DNA from: Minisyncoccia bacterium
GTDB lineage: Bacteria; Patescibacteriota; Minisyncoccia; SW-4-49-11
Reading direction: 5' to 3'
NCBI GenBank assembly: GCA_044341565.1
Contig: JBIIRM010000008.1
Location: forward strand, 1 to 47,688
Length of the DNA stretch: 47,688 nt
Position 1 is the first letter of the stretch; each line of letters begins with the position of its first letter. The translations under genes and the position numbers were made by a program. The notes beneath the pieces were generated by a model that worked only from the letters and a program-made list of their open reading frames with translations, ran no database searches and was not told the origin of the DNA. This document shows, one piece after another, positions 10,089 through 19,483 of the stretch.

Positions 10089-10410
10089 CCAAGGAGAATG
10101 GTAATCGCGCATATCCATATATATGGTGAGTGAGGAAAGTCTGGACACCTATTACTTTGTAATAAATGATAGTGGGTAATACCCACCATTGAGCTTGCTC
10201 AATCGGGATAGTATCGCAGAAACAAGACATTTGAGTATATCTCATCTAAGGTGAAAAGAGATAAACCCTATCAGGTGCAAGGCCGTGCTTTTCTGTATTG
10301 AAAAGAGTGCCGCCAAGAATATGCTGGTAACAGTATATCAAGATAAATGATTACCTATGTATATTTGCTTGCAAGTATGCATAACAGAATCCAGCTTATA
10401 TTCTTCTTGG
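10089..10410 (+). ncRNA. rnpB: RNase P RNA (bacterial type)
   Basis: The 390-nt gap is ORF-free. It contains GAGGAAAGTCTGGACACC (P4 5' strand, cf. consensus AGGAAAGUCCGGGCUCC) and ACAGAATCCAGCTTA (cf. ACAGAAnCCGGCUUA). AAGGTGAAAAGAG and GAAAAGAGTGCCGCC resemble the P10-12 elements. The 5' CCAAGGAGAAT pairs with the 3' ATTCTTCTTGG as P1. Confidence 0.75.
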
Positions 10411-10435
10411 ATAATTCTATAAACAATTACTATAT

Positions 10436-11851
10436 ATGAATAGATTCGAGTTATTATTTAGTGCTATACGAGTACCCATAGATTTTTTTGTCATTCTTTT
10501 GGCAGGAATATTATCTTATCAATTACGTATATCTGAATTTGCAATAGAGGTTCGTCCCATACCATATGATTTCAGTAGTGACTGGTATAATGGATTTGTT
10601 ATTGTATTTGCATTAGTAACCGTAATTATCCTTGCAATATCAGGAATGTATAGTGTCAGGAAAACTCCAGGAATTGTGAGCGAATTTTATCGTATTTTGA
10701 GTTCTGTATCAATCACAATTTTAATTATTATTTTATATTATTTCTTTTATTCTCGTGATTTATTCTCATCAAGATTTTTGATTATTTCCCTTTGGGCATT
10801 AGCTATTATCTTATTATTAATTGGAAGATTATTAGTACATAGCATACAGGATGCTATTGTAAGGCATTATAAATGGGGAATACATAGAGTTGTTATTATT
10901 ACAGGAGAAGATATAGCTGGTAAATTAGTACTTGATGCACTTAATACTAAAGACGGTATAGGATATCAAATAGTAGAAACACAAAAAGTATTGAATCTGA
11001 AAGGCTTAAGGCATTTAGCATTGACTAAACAAATTGACGAAGTAATTTTAGCAGATACCAAATTACCACAAGATCAATTAATTACAGTAAATTATCTGTG
11101 TGAGGAATATAAAATTGATTTTCAATATATCCCCAATATATTCGATATATATACACAGGTAGAGGTAAAAAATCTCTCAGGAGTATTATTATTTAGAGTA
11201 AAGCGTACAACCTTAGAAGGATGGGGAAGTATCTGGAAGAGATTATTCGATATTATTGTTGCTACATTAGCTATTATTATCCTCTCCCCAATTTATCTTA
11301 TTACCATTATTGCAATAAAACTTGATTCACCAGGACCAATTCTCTATAAAAGTCGTAGAGTGGGAGTAGCAAAAAAACCATTTGATGTATACAAATTCCG
11401 GAGTATGTATGAGGAATTATGTACGGATGAAGATAATGCAGAATCTATTGCCTTAGAGCAGAAAATATTAGCAGAAAAAGGTATCAAAAAAGGTCCCGTC
11501 AATAAAATTAAAGATGACCCTCGTGTTACTAAATTAGGGAAATTTATTCGTAAAACCAGTATAGATGAATTACCGCAATTCTTTAATGTACTCGTAGGAA
11601 GTATGAGTCTTGTAGGTCCTCGCCCTCATCAACCACGAGAAGTAGATAAATATAAACAACATCATAAAAAAGTACTCACAATCAAACCTGGAATAACCGG
11701 TATGGCGCAAGTTAATGGCCGCTCAGACTTGAGTTTTGAAGAAGAAGTATTATATGATACCTTTTATATAGAGAATTGGAGTATATGGCTGGATATTATT
11801 ATACTACTCAAAACGCCTTGGGCAATCATAGCTCCCCGCAAAGCTGATTAA
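10436..11851 (+). CDS. polyprenyl-phosphate sugar phosphotransferase (bacterial sugar transferase, WbaP/EPS-type)
   Basis: N-terminal multi-TM region, then the conserved C-terminal sugar transferase domain: [21 protein letters not shown]...[16 protein letters not shown]...F.VYKFRSM...[21 protein letters not shown]. Confidence 0.85.
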   Translation: MNRFELLFSAIRVPIDFFVILLAGILSYQLRISEFAIEVRPIPYDFSSDWYNGFVIVFALVTVIILAISGMYSVRKTPGIVSEFYRILSSVSITILIIILYYFFYSRDLFSSRFLIISLWALAIILLLIGRLLVHSIQDAIVRHYKWGIHRVVIITGEDIAGKLVLDALNTKDGIGYQIVETQKVLNLKGLRHLALTKQIDEVILADTKLPQDQLITVNYLCEEYKIDFQYIPNIFDIYTQVEVKNLSGVLLFRVKRTTLEGWGSIWKRLFDIIVATLAIIILSPIYLITIIAIKLDSPGPILYKSRRVGVAKKPFDVYKFRSMYEELCTDEDNAESIALEQKILAEKGIKKGPVNKIKDDPRVTKLGKFIRKTSIDELPQFFNVLVGSMSLVGPRPHQPREVDKYKQHHKKVLTIKPGITGMAQVNGRSDLSFEEEVLYDTFYIENWSIWLDIIILLKTPWAIIAPRKAD

Positions 11852-11911
11852 AAAATTGAGAATTATATATCAATATGATATAATAAAAATAATGTAAAAT
11901 AAATAGATATT

Positions 11912-14900
11912 ATGGGAGAATCATTTAGACAAATACCCGAAGATTATAGAGAGCCTAATGAACATGATAGAGGTTTAGAAAATGGTCAAGGACTTATAGA
12001 ATTTGTTTCTGCTTCAGTCAAAAAAAGGAATAGATTTAATAAGGAATTAGGGCCAGTCATTGGTATTACGGACACAGATAATTTGGCTAAATTAAGACGT
12101 AAACTTCAAGAAGAATTGACAATCCCACAGTTAAATGGTAATACATTAGATTTAGAAACAGTAAATTTTTTACGTAATCGTTATGGTTTTGATGCTTTAG
12201 GACAAGAAGAATATGAGGTACAGCAAAGCCAGACACAGGAAGTTGAAAATAGTGTTGAACAGTTAGCTCCAGAAGAAAAAATTAGTCTTAACTCCCTAAA
12301 TTCAGAACAAACTCAAATAGTAGAAGAGGAAACAGGAATAACTCCTGAAATACCAGCTGAGCAAGAATTGGTATCAGAAGTATTGTCACCCATACAGGAC
12401 CAACAAGATCAAATTACCCCTATTGCGGAAGAATCAATTCTTCAAAATCCTGAGCAAGTTGCTCCAAAAGAAGAATTGACTTCTGAAAATCCAGATGTAC
12501 AGGGAATGTTGGCTGAGGTCACAGCTATTGTAGAGGCGGAACAACAGGAGGAAGAAAAATTAGATGTACCTGAAGGAGGAGAAAATAAAGGAGAAGAGAC
12601 TGAAAGATTAACACAAGAAGCTCGTGAAACTATTGCTATATATCAAAAATTTGGACAAGAGCATCCTATTTTTACAAGAGATCAGGCAACGCAAGAGCGA
12701 TATCGTCAATTAGAAGCTGAAGCTTGGGGAGCTCAGAATAGACTTGCTCATATGAATGGGGGAGAAATTTTTGCTTTACCACAAAAAAGAGATATAGAAT
12801 TATCACATCCAGAAGCAAAAGACACAAAAGACTATCTGGAATCATTAGAATATGGATTTGATGAGAAGGGTAATATTATTACCATTAAACATCATAATAA
12901 AAATATAGAATTGAATCGACCTTATAGTGTGGCAAATTTGATAGATAAAGCTCGACCAGCACAAATACTTACTGATATTAATTTAGATAATATCGATACA
13001 GATCTACATCGTATAGGATATGTATTACCGGGTTTGAATCCCCAAACCCCAGACTTTATTGTGAGTACACTCAGCAAAGATGAATTTATACAAGGAGTGA
13101 TTGTTGATGATATTGTTCCCGAACAAGTAGTAACACCTGAAGCTAATCCAGAGATACAAGCTTCTAGTGTTTTATTTCCGCCCGAGCCAACGGCAGAACA
13201 ATTACCAATCACCCCAGTACCAGAAGTTAATCTTGAAGTAGAAAACTCTACGCTTGAAGTTGTGATAAGTCCAGAAATAGAACAAGCACCAATAAATCCA
13301 GATTTGGGAAGTTTATATTATCAAGAAATTCAATTATGGAATAATATTCAAGCATTAAAAGAGCGAAGAGAGCAAAAAGAAGCTAAAGAAGAAGATATTG
13401 ATACACAAATTGAAAAAGCCGAGTCAGATTATCAAAGTTTTATAAACACATTATGGGGAAGTGAATTGGGAAGACGTTTTGTCCAATTTCTTGATTTGCG
13501 TACAGAGAGTGCATATACTGAAGAGCAAAATAATAAATATGGTAGAGATAAAGGTTTATTAGAGAAAATTCGTGATAAATTCTCAAGAGAAGATGTATCA
13601 GATACAGAAGAATTAAGTCCTAAAGATCAGGAACTTAAGGCTAGAAATGAATATAATCAAGCTTTACAAGAATTAATTAGAACTGAATCAGCTATTGGAT
13701 TAGAATCAGAAATACAAACATTATTTGCAACTGAAGTACAGCGTTTGCGAGATGAAAGAATAGTACAATCTCAGGAATTACAAGAATGGGATCAAACAGG
13801 ACTTGAAAAAATAGCTAATTCAACTAAAGAAAAACTATTCAACTGGTATATTAAACATAAAAATACTATTGGTAAAGTTAATCTTGCATTATTTGCAACA
13901 AGTACAACACTAGCATTAACTGGAGCTGGACTACCTGTAGCAGGAGCATTAGAGGCTGTAAGGCGTACAATAGCATATCCTATGGCTTTTGCTTCTGGAG
14001 TATCAAGTAGAGAACTTATAAGGTCAAAATTTGAAGATGGGGATGTTAATATACTTAATATTATTAAATATAAAGGGGGAATTACTAAACTAGTAGGGGA
14101 GTCTCTACAAGGAAATTATATTCAGGAAGCTCAAGATACTGAACTTACTGCAAAACTTAGTACCCTGGAGTCTTATTATCGGCTTAATGGAGGTAAATTT
14201 ACTGAATTGTCTCAGCAAAAAGCTTATGAGTTGATATTAACTGAATTAGGGCAGAGAGTAGAAAATCAAAAAATTGATGATGTTAAACCAGATATAGAGC
14301 AACCTGAAGAGCAAGAGACTACAGCTAACACAGGATTAGATTATAATATTAATTTAAAAGATAATCCTATAGAACAAAATCCAAACTATGTTAATAGCTT
14401 ATTAGAGACAGTATCAGAAAAGCGTATTACAGAATTACAAAGACTACAAAGGAATAGAACTATTGCAAATGTAGCAGGAACAGTTGTAGCGGGATCACTA
14501 TTAGTCAATTTAGCGGCACATGCTATTAAACTTGATAAACCAGATATTGCAGATACTCCTGATAATCTGTCTGTTGGGACAAGTCCAGAGACTGCTACTC
14601 CAAATCCTACAGAAATATCTCCAGTTAAACCTGATATTCCATCTTCAGAAGGAGCTGAATCTATGAATGAGGTTGCAAAAGAAGCTACTCAGCAATTATC
14701 AACAGAACAATTACAAGATATCTCTGAATTAAGTAAGGGAGAGACTTTATGGGGAGAAATAGCTAAAAAATTAGGAGCGAATGCCAGTGAAGCCCAAATT
14801 CAACAAGGAGTAGAAACATATATGCAATCAACACAAGGTTCAGAAACTATATTTAATTTAGCAAATCAAACTGAGGGGGGAAGAGCTTTATTATCTCAAT

Positions 14901-15859
14901 GGGGGATTGATAATGCAGGAGAACTATCACAAGTATCAAAAACAGATTTATATGAATTATCTCGTCATCTAGGAGTAGGACAATTAAAGGGGTTAGATAC
15001 ATTAGATATTACTAATCTCCCTCCTCTTGATGAGGTATCAACTCCTACAGGATTAACTCCTCCTGAAAGTCCTAGTTCTGGAGTAACTCCTCCTGGACCT
15101 GGAGCCGAGTCTATTCCTCCAACTGATACTAATACTTTTGCTCGAGAAGTATCTCATACATTGCGTTTAGAGAATACCTCTCTCGATGATAATCAAGTTA
15201 AAGATATTTTGGAAGCATATCATTCCACTGAGCAGGGACGTAATTCTATGTATGAATTAATATTATCCGCTCCTGAAGGAGATACCTATTTATCTAATTT
15301 AGGTATTAAGACTATAGAAGATTTTTCAAATCTATCAGAGGATCAATTATATGAGCTTTCCCAGAGTATTGATTTAAACAAGCTTGAAGGATTTAATTTC
15401 AATAATATTATCTTATCTCGATTTGAAGATGCTCCAAACTCCATTCCATTGATAAAAGGAACCGGAGCTTTATCCCAAGTAAACCAGTATATTGATTTGT
15501 ATGCGGGAGCATTGCCATATAATTCTACTTTGGGACAAGAAGTATTAACTACATATTTGAATACCCCAGAAGGAAAAGATTGGCTATATGATGCTATTGT
15601 AAATAATCCAGATACATTAAATGGAAATCAAGGTATTCAAATTGCAAAAGAATATTTCCGACAAAAGGGTATACAACAGGGAACAGATATTGATTGGACA
15701 CTCTTAAGTGGAGATAAAAAAAATCCCACCTCAATTTTCTGGAGAGAGACCTCTTTGACAGGAGGAAGAAAAATCCCACCATTATCTACTCTTTTGAAAC
15801 CAGGTACAATGCCAGGTATCAAGAAAGCACTTGAGCAAGTATTAACATTAAAACAATAA
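11912..15859 (+). CDS. giant hypothetical protein (1315 aa): acidic, coiled-coil-rich, two central hydrophobic segments, Pro-rich linker, C-terminal HhH-like repeats
   Basis: Uninterrupted 3.9-kb ORF. It has long E/Q-rich stretches and hydrophobic segments (LALFATSTTLALTGAGLPVAGAL; IANVAGTVVAGSLLVNLAAHAI). A repeated motif reads LS..GI.....LS.VS...LYELS. I recognise no known catalytic motif. Confidence 0.65.
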   Translation: MGESFRQIPEDYREPNEHDRGLENGQGLIEFVSASVKKRNRFNKELGPVIGITDTDNLAKLRRKLQEELTIPQLNGNTLDLETVNFLRNRYGFDALGQEEYEVQQSQTQEVENSVEQLAPEEKISLNSLNSEQTQIVEEETGITPEIPAEQELVSEVLSPIQDQQDQITPIAEESILQNPEQVAPKEELTSENPDVQGMLAEVTAIVEAEQQEEEKLDVPEGGENKGEETERLTQEARETIAIYQKFGQEHPIFTRDQATQERYRQLEAEAWGAQNRLAHMNGGEIFALPQKRDIELSHPEAKDTKDYLESLEYGFDEKGNIITIKHHNKNIELNRPYSVANLIDKARPAQILTDINLDNIDTDLHRIGYVLPGLNPQTPDFIVSTLSKDEFIQGVIVDDIVPEQVVTPEANPEIQASSVLFPPEPTAEQLPITPVPEVNLEVENSTLEVVISPEIEQAPINPDLGSLYYQEIQLWNNIQALKERREQKEAKEEDIDTQIEKAESDYQSFINTLWGSELGRRFVQFLDLRTESAYTEEQNNKYGRDKGLLEKIRDKFSREDVSDTEELSPKDQELKARNEYNQALQELIRTESAIGLESEIQTLFATEVQRLRDERIVQSQELQEWDQTGLEKIANSTKEKLFNWYIKHKNTIGKVNLALFATSTTLALTGAGLPVAGALEAVRRTIAYPMAFASGVSSRELIRSKFEDGDVNILNIIKYKGGITKLVGESLQGNYIQEAQDTELTAKLSTLESYYRLNGGKFTELSQQKAYELILTELGQRVENQKIDDVKPDIEQPEEQETTANTGLDYNINLKDNPIEQNPNYVNSLLETVSEKRITELQRLQRNRTIANVAGTVVAGSLLVNLAAHAIKLDKPDIADTPDNLSVGTSPETATPNPTEISPVKPDIPSSEGAESMNEVAKEATQQLSTEQLQDISELSKGETLWGEIAKKLGANASEAQIQQGVETYMQSTQGSETIFNLANQTEGGRALLSQWGIDNAGELSQVSKTDLYELSRHLGVGQLKGLDTLDITNLPPLDEVSTPTGLTPPESPSSGVTPPGPGAESIPPTDTNTFAREVSHTLRLENTSLDDNQVKDILEAYHSTEQGRNSMYELILSAPEGDTYLSNLGIKTIEDFSNLSEDQLYELSQSIDLNKLEGFNFNNIILSRFEDAPNSIPLIKGTGALSQVNQYIDLYAGALPYNSTLGQEVLTTYLNTPEGKDWLYDAIVNNPDTLNGNQGIQIAKEYFRQKGIQQGTDIDWTLLSGDKKNPTSIFWRETSLTGGRKIPPLSTLLKPGTMPGIKKALEQVLTLKQ

Positions 15860-15860
15860 T

Positions 15861-16277
15861 ATGGCAAATCCAGAAGACAATATTATCGCATTATTAGGAC
15901 TAGAAGATTTACCTGTTGAGAATAGAGCTCAATTAGTGGATGAATTAACCCAAATTCTTGAAGTTCGTGTACTCAGTGCCGCTTATGATACATTGAGTGA
16001 AGATCAGGCAAAACATTTAGATACACTACTTAATGAGAATAATCCAGAAGTAGTCACTACCTATATTCAAGAAAATGTTCCAACTCTTAGTGATATATTT
16101 GCCAATCAAATAGAAGTATTAAAAGAGGAATTAGTACAACATAAAGAGAAAATCACCAAGAATTTGACACAAGAATTAGAACTTGAGCATAATCACGATG
16201 AAGATGATGGACATACTCATGAACATGGAGAAGATCATATTCACACAGAATCAGGTGACGAAAATCCTACAGAATAA
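15861..16277 (+). CDS. small acidic protein with His/Asp/Glu-rich C-terminus, translationally coupled to the giant ORF
   Basis: The ATG at 15861 lies 1 nt after the TAA of the upstream gene (TAATATGG). The C-terminal tail is HNHDEDDGHTHEHGEDHIHTESGDE. Confidence 0.6.
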   Translation: MANPEDNIIALLGLEDLPVENRAQLVDELTQILEVRVLSAAYDTLSEDQAKHLDTLLNENNPEVVTTYIQENVPTLSDIFANQIEVLKEELVQHKEKITKNLTQELELEHNHDEDDGHTHEHGEDHIHTESGDENPTE

Positions 16278-17384
16278 TTATCCAATTACTGGTATAGAGA
16301 ATCTAGGTTCGGGGCTTGATTTACGAGATTTTTTGGCTTCAAATGTATTGAGATAAGCATAGTGATATTTATGTACTTGTCCTTCAATAGATAATATATC
16401 TTGAATTATTGGCATATATTCTGAGGCTATGCGCTTGAGAATAGGATACATATCCTCAATAATATTGAGCCCGGTTACAATAGAGCTATAATTATAAGGA
16501 GTAAAGAATATTCCATTTGCTTTTATTAATTCTTGATTATATTCTCCTTTTGAAGCAAGAACAGGAATCCCAGCAATTAGAGCTAGGGATAGAGGATATT
16601 TATCTTCATTATTCGGAGAAATTTCTACAAATATATGAGCATTTTGAATCAGAGACTGTTCGGTATTCCCGCTTAATTCTCCTACAAAAAGCATAGTATC
16701 ATTTTGATAAGACTCACGTATAGATGGCTTTACTTTACCCAGTACAATAACAGGAAGATTCAGATTATGTTTGCGATATGCCTTTAACCATAATTCTAAA
16801 CTTTCAGAATCTCTATATTGCCCATTATGAACCAGAATATATTCTTGAGGATATAAATCTTTGAAATTATTTTGAGAATTTACAATAGAAGCAGTATCAA
16901 TTCCTGTTGGTATACTATATACTTTTGATTTAAAAGAAGCGTTTAGGAGAGTTTGTAATTCTGGATTATCTATAATCAAAGAATCAGAAAACTGAGCAGA
17001 TATATAAGAGAGTAGCATATAGCGTCGTCTATTCTTTTTGCTATTGACAAAAGTATATTGATGATAATCAAAAATAACCCTTACTTGAGGCATTTGTAAT
17101 GATACCCAAAAAGCCACCCAAGCATATTCTAGCGATCTAATATGTACAATATCAAGATTTTCTATTTTCCGGAGCTCACGAATAATGGACTTAACTTTAG
17201 GTTGACTGGGAATAATATGAATATTCTTATATTCCGTTAATTGGGTGTAATTAGGGTCTGAGAGCACATATACAGAATGTCCTCGTCTTGCCAATTGAGT
17301 CGCTACAATTTCACAATTATACTCATTTCTATCTCGAGTATTTTGATAAGGAATTCCTCTGGTACCAACAAATGCTATGACCAT
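16278..17384 (-). CDS. glycosyltransferase family 4 (GT-B fold)
   Basis: The N-terminus MVIAFVGTRGIPY is typical of GT4. The C-terminal half has the GT1/GT4 EX7E-like region. The ORF-track start at 17408 is a TTG; the ATG at 17384 is preferred. The 3' end abuts the convergent gene at 16277 with no spacer. Confidence 0.8.
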   Translation of the reverse strand: MVIAFVGTRGIPYQNTRDRNEYNCEIVATQLARRGHSVYVLSDPNYTQLTEYKNIHIIPSQPKVKSIIRELRKIENLDIVHIRSLEYAWVAFWVSLQMPQVRVIFDYHQYTFVNSKKNRRRYMLLSYISAQFSDSLIIDNPELQTLLNASFKSKVYSIPTGIDTASIVNSQNNFKDLYPQEYILVHNGQYRDSESLELWLKAYRKHNLNLPVIVLGKVKPSIRESYQNDTMLFVGELSGNTEQSLIQNAHIFVEISPNNEDKYPLSLALIAGIPVLASKGEYNQELIKANGIFFTPYNYSSIVTGLNIIEDMYPILKRIASEYMPIIQDILSIEGQVHKYHYAYLNTFEAKKSRKSSPEPRFSIPVIG

Positions 17385-17453
17385 ATGGGATATTAGTTCT
17401 ACAGACAAAAACTATAGCATAAAATAGCAGTTTTGTCAATTTCTGATATTATT

Positions 17454-17956
17454 TTTCCACCCCTTTCCCTGCTACCCCTCAATTTATCTCCCGTAGGGAG
17501 AGAGGGGAATTAGCTAAGTCCACACCCGTCGACTTTGTCGACACCCTCGCCGGCGAGGCCTGCCTGCGGTAGGCAGGGACAGTTTTATTGTCCTCCCTTG
17601 GGGGAGCTTTGGTTCCTCCTATATTTGTTTAGGAGGGGGTGCCCGTAATAGACTGAAGGTCTGGGAAAGGGGTCGGGAAAACAGAAGTTTTCCCGTGGAG
17701 GAAGGTTGGGAAACCGTGAGGTTTCACAGGAGCAAATCCCATTTGCGACGGGGGAGGGAGGATAGAGTTTAAGTTTGTATTTTATCCACCCCGTCCAGCA
17801 AAGCTGTCCACCCCTCAAGAGGGGAATATATACAATGTACTGTCCTAAAAATTCCCCTCATGGGTTGTGAGTAGATAGGAGTCAGTATATAACAAAGTGC
17901 TTTGTCCGAAAAATTCCCCTCTTGAGGGGTGCCGTCGCTAGACGGCGGGGTGGAAA
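17454..17956. repeat. GC-rich hairpin-module element, copy A (largest)
   Basis: A ~500-nt G/C-rich island in AT-rich DNA packed with perfect short palindromes: GTCGACtttGTCGAC, CTCGCCGGCGAG, GCCTGCCTGCGGTAGGCAGGG, GGACAgttttatTGTCC, CCTCCCttGGGGGAG, CCTCCTatatttgtttAGGAGG, GGGAAAACagaaGTTTTCCC, CCCCTCaagaGGGG (twice), CGCCGTCgctaGACGGCG. Its core (17663-17755) is shared with copies B and C. The termini TTTCCACCCC (17454-63) and GGGGTGGAAA (17947-56) are inverted. Confidence 0.55.
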
Positions 17957-17959
17957 GTA

Positions 17960-18913
17960 TTACAATAACTCTCTATTCACAAAATACACCCCTGCATATC
18001 CATTCGCAAAGCTATCAGCAGTAATAGTATTTTTCCCCTCTACAGTTAATTCTTTGACCGCAATATTACCTATTTTTGTCCCAATAATCAGATTGTGACT
18101 GACAGAATCTAATTGCCAATATCCTGGCTTAAGTTTAATATCAGATATATGCTCAAGATCTAATCTATCCAATACTACTTTTTTGTCCGTATTGAGATAG
18201 GTATATACTTGTGGCCAAATAGTATAAGCTCTATAGGCATTATTAATGTCCTCGGCTGATTGACTCTCCCAATCAATAAGCCCATCCATTTTTTGAACCA
18301 TTTTCACAAAACTAGCTTTAGCATCATCTTGAACCCAGGGAGTAATTTCTCCATTCATAAAAGGAATAAGATTTTGTCTCAATATATCAGCCGCAACAGT
18401 GATAATTTTTGCCTCAAGTTCAATATAGGTATCGGTAGGAGATATAGTGATTTCCTCTTGAGCAATAATAGGTCCATGATCCATCAAATGATCAATTTCC
18501 ATCAAACTAACAGCAGTACTCTTGTCTCCATTACGGAGGCTCGCCTGTATAGGAGATGGCCCACGATACTGAGGTAGTCTTGAAGGATGAATATTCAACA
18601 CTCGATGAGGCATAATATCTAATATAGCTTGCGGAATAATTTTACCATAGGCAATAATTAGCCAAATATCAGCAGATAATCCTCGCAATAATTCACTAGT
18701 CTCAGGAGCTTTGAGAGAATGAGGACTATACACGGGAATAGAATGACTTTCCCCAAATACTTTGAGAGGACTAGGAGTTAATATTCTTTTACGCCCCTGC
18801 GGAGTATCAGGAGTAGTAATAATAGCCACAATATCAGCCCAATCGAGTAGAGACTCAGCAATAGCAACCGTAAGCTGAGGAGTACCCCAAACTACAATAC
18901 GGGGTTTAGACAT
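17960..18913 (-). CDS. fmt: methionyl-tRNA formyltransferase
   Basis: Its N-terminus RIVVWGTPQLTVAIAESLL...IITTPDTPQGRK matches the Fmt formyltransferase domain, followed by the C-terminal domain. The ATG at 18913 overlaps the def stop in an ATGTCTAA arrangement (8-nt overlap). The ORF-track start at 18925 is a GTG. Confidence 0.9.
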   Translation of the reverse strand: MSKPRIVVWGTPQLTVAIAESLLDWADIVAIITTPDTPQGRKRILTPSPLKVFGESHSIPVYSPHSLKAPETSELLRGLSADIWLIIAYGKIIPQAILDIMPHRVLNIHPSRLPQYRGPSPIQASLRNGDKSTAVSLMEIDHLMDHGPIIAQEEITISPTDTYIELEAKIITVAADILRQNLIPFMNGEITPWVQDDAKASFVKMVQKMDGLIDWESQSAEDINNAYRAYTIWPQVYTYLNTDKKVVLDRLDLEHISDIKLKPGYWQLDSVSHNLIIGTKIGNIAVKELTVEGKNTITADSFANGYAGVYFVNRELL

Positions 18914-19424
18914 ACATTTTCCCACTTTGTTTTAGCTTTACAGGAAGAGCCTTATCTGCGAATAATACGCCATCAAGATGATCAATTTCATGTTGCAGAA
19001 TTCGAGCAAAAATTCCAAAAGCCTTACCAGCAATTTTCTCACCTTTTAGATTAAGCCCCGTAAATTCAATACTCGTAGGACGAATCACATCAGCAAAATA
19101 TTCAGGTAAAGACAAACACCCCTCTTCCATAGTAGCAGTATCCTTACTTAAAGCGGTTAATTCAGGATTAATAATTACATAATGTTGATCCAGAGCACAA
19201 TCCTCAAATCCTGACTCTTCAAAATGATCTCCTGGGACATTAATCAAAATCAATCGCACATTATGTCCGACTTGTGGAGCAGCAAGCCCCATACCATGAT
19301 GAGGTCTAATACTAGATTTCATATCTCGAGCTAATTTATGAATATCTCGAGTAATAGAATCAATAGGTTCAGATTTGGTACGGAGAATAGGATTTTTAAG
19401 CCCTGTTTCAATATCAAGAATCAT
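18906..19424 (-). CDS. def: peptide deformylase
   Basis: The three PDF motifs are present: GLAAPQVG, EGCLSLP, and QHEIDHLDG. Gene order def-fmt is classic. Confidence 0.9.
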   Translation of the reverse strand: MILDIETGLKNPILRTKSEPIDSITRDIHKLARDMKSSIRPHHGMGLAAPQVGHNVRLILINVPGDHFEESGFEDCALDQHYVIINPELTALSKDTATMEEGCLSLPEYFADVIRPTSIEFTGLNLKGEKIAGKAFGIFARILQHEIDHLDGVLFADKALPVKLKQSGKMYV

Positions 19425-19483
19425 ATAATGCTATAACAATTTGTTACTATATTATAGCATAAATGAGGCAAAAAAGCAAGATG

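Noticed and set aside
10063-10245. 60-aa minus-strand ORF
   Set aside because: It overlaps the RNase P RNA gene called on the plus strand.
17385-17408. TTG-initiated 8-aa extension of the GT4 gene (also the GTG start at 18925 for fmt)
   Set aside because: In-frame ATG codons a few residues downstream give canonical family N-termini and the typical overlapping-stop/start arrangement.
17585-17818. 77-aa ORF on the minus strand inside GC-rich element A. The same applies to the ORFs at 38509..38715 (+), 46998..47186 (+) and 47109..47429 (-) in elements B and C.
   Set aside because: They lie entirely within palindrome-dense GC-rich repeats, and one overlaps the tRNA-Ser gene. The ORFs exist only because GC-rich sequence lacks AT-rich stop codons. 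They have low-complexity Pro/Gly/Arg composition.
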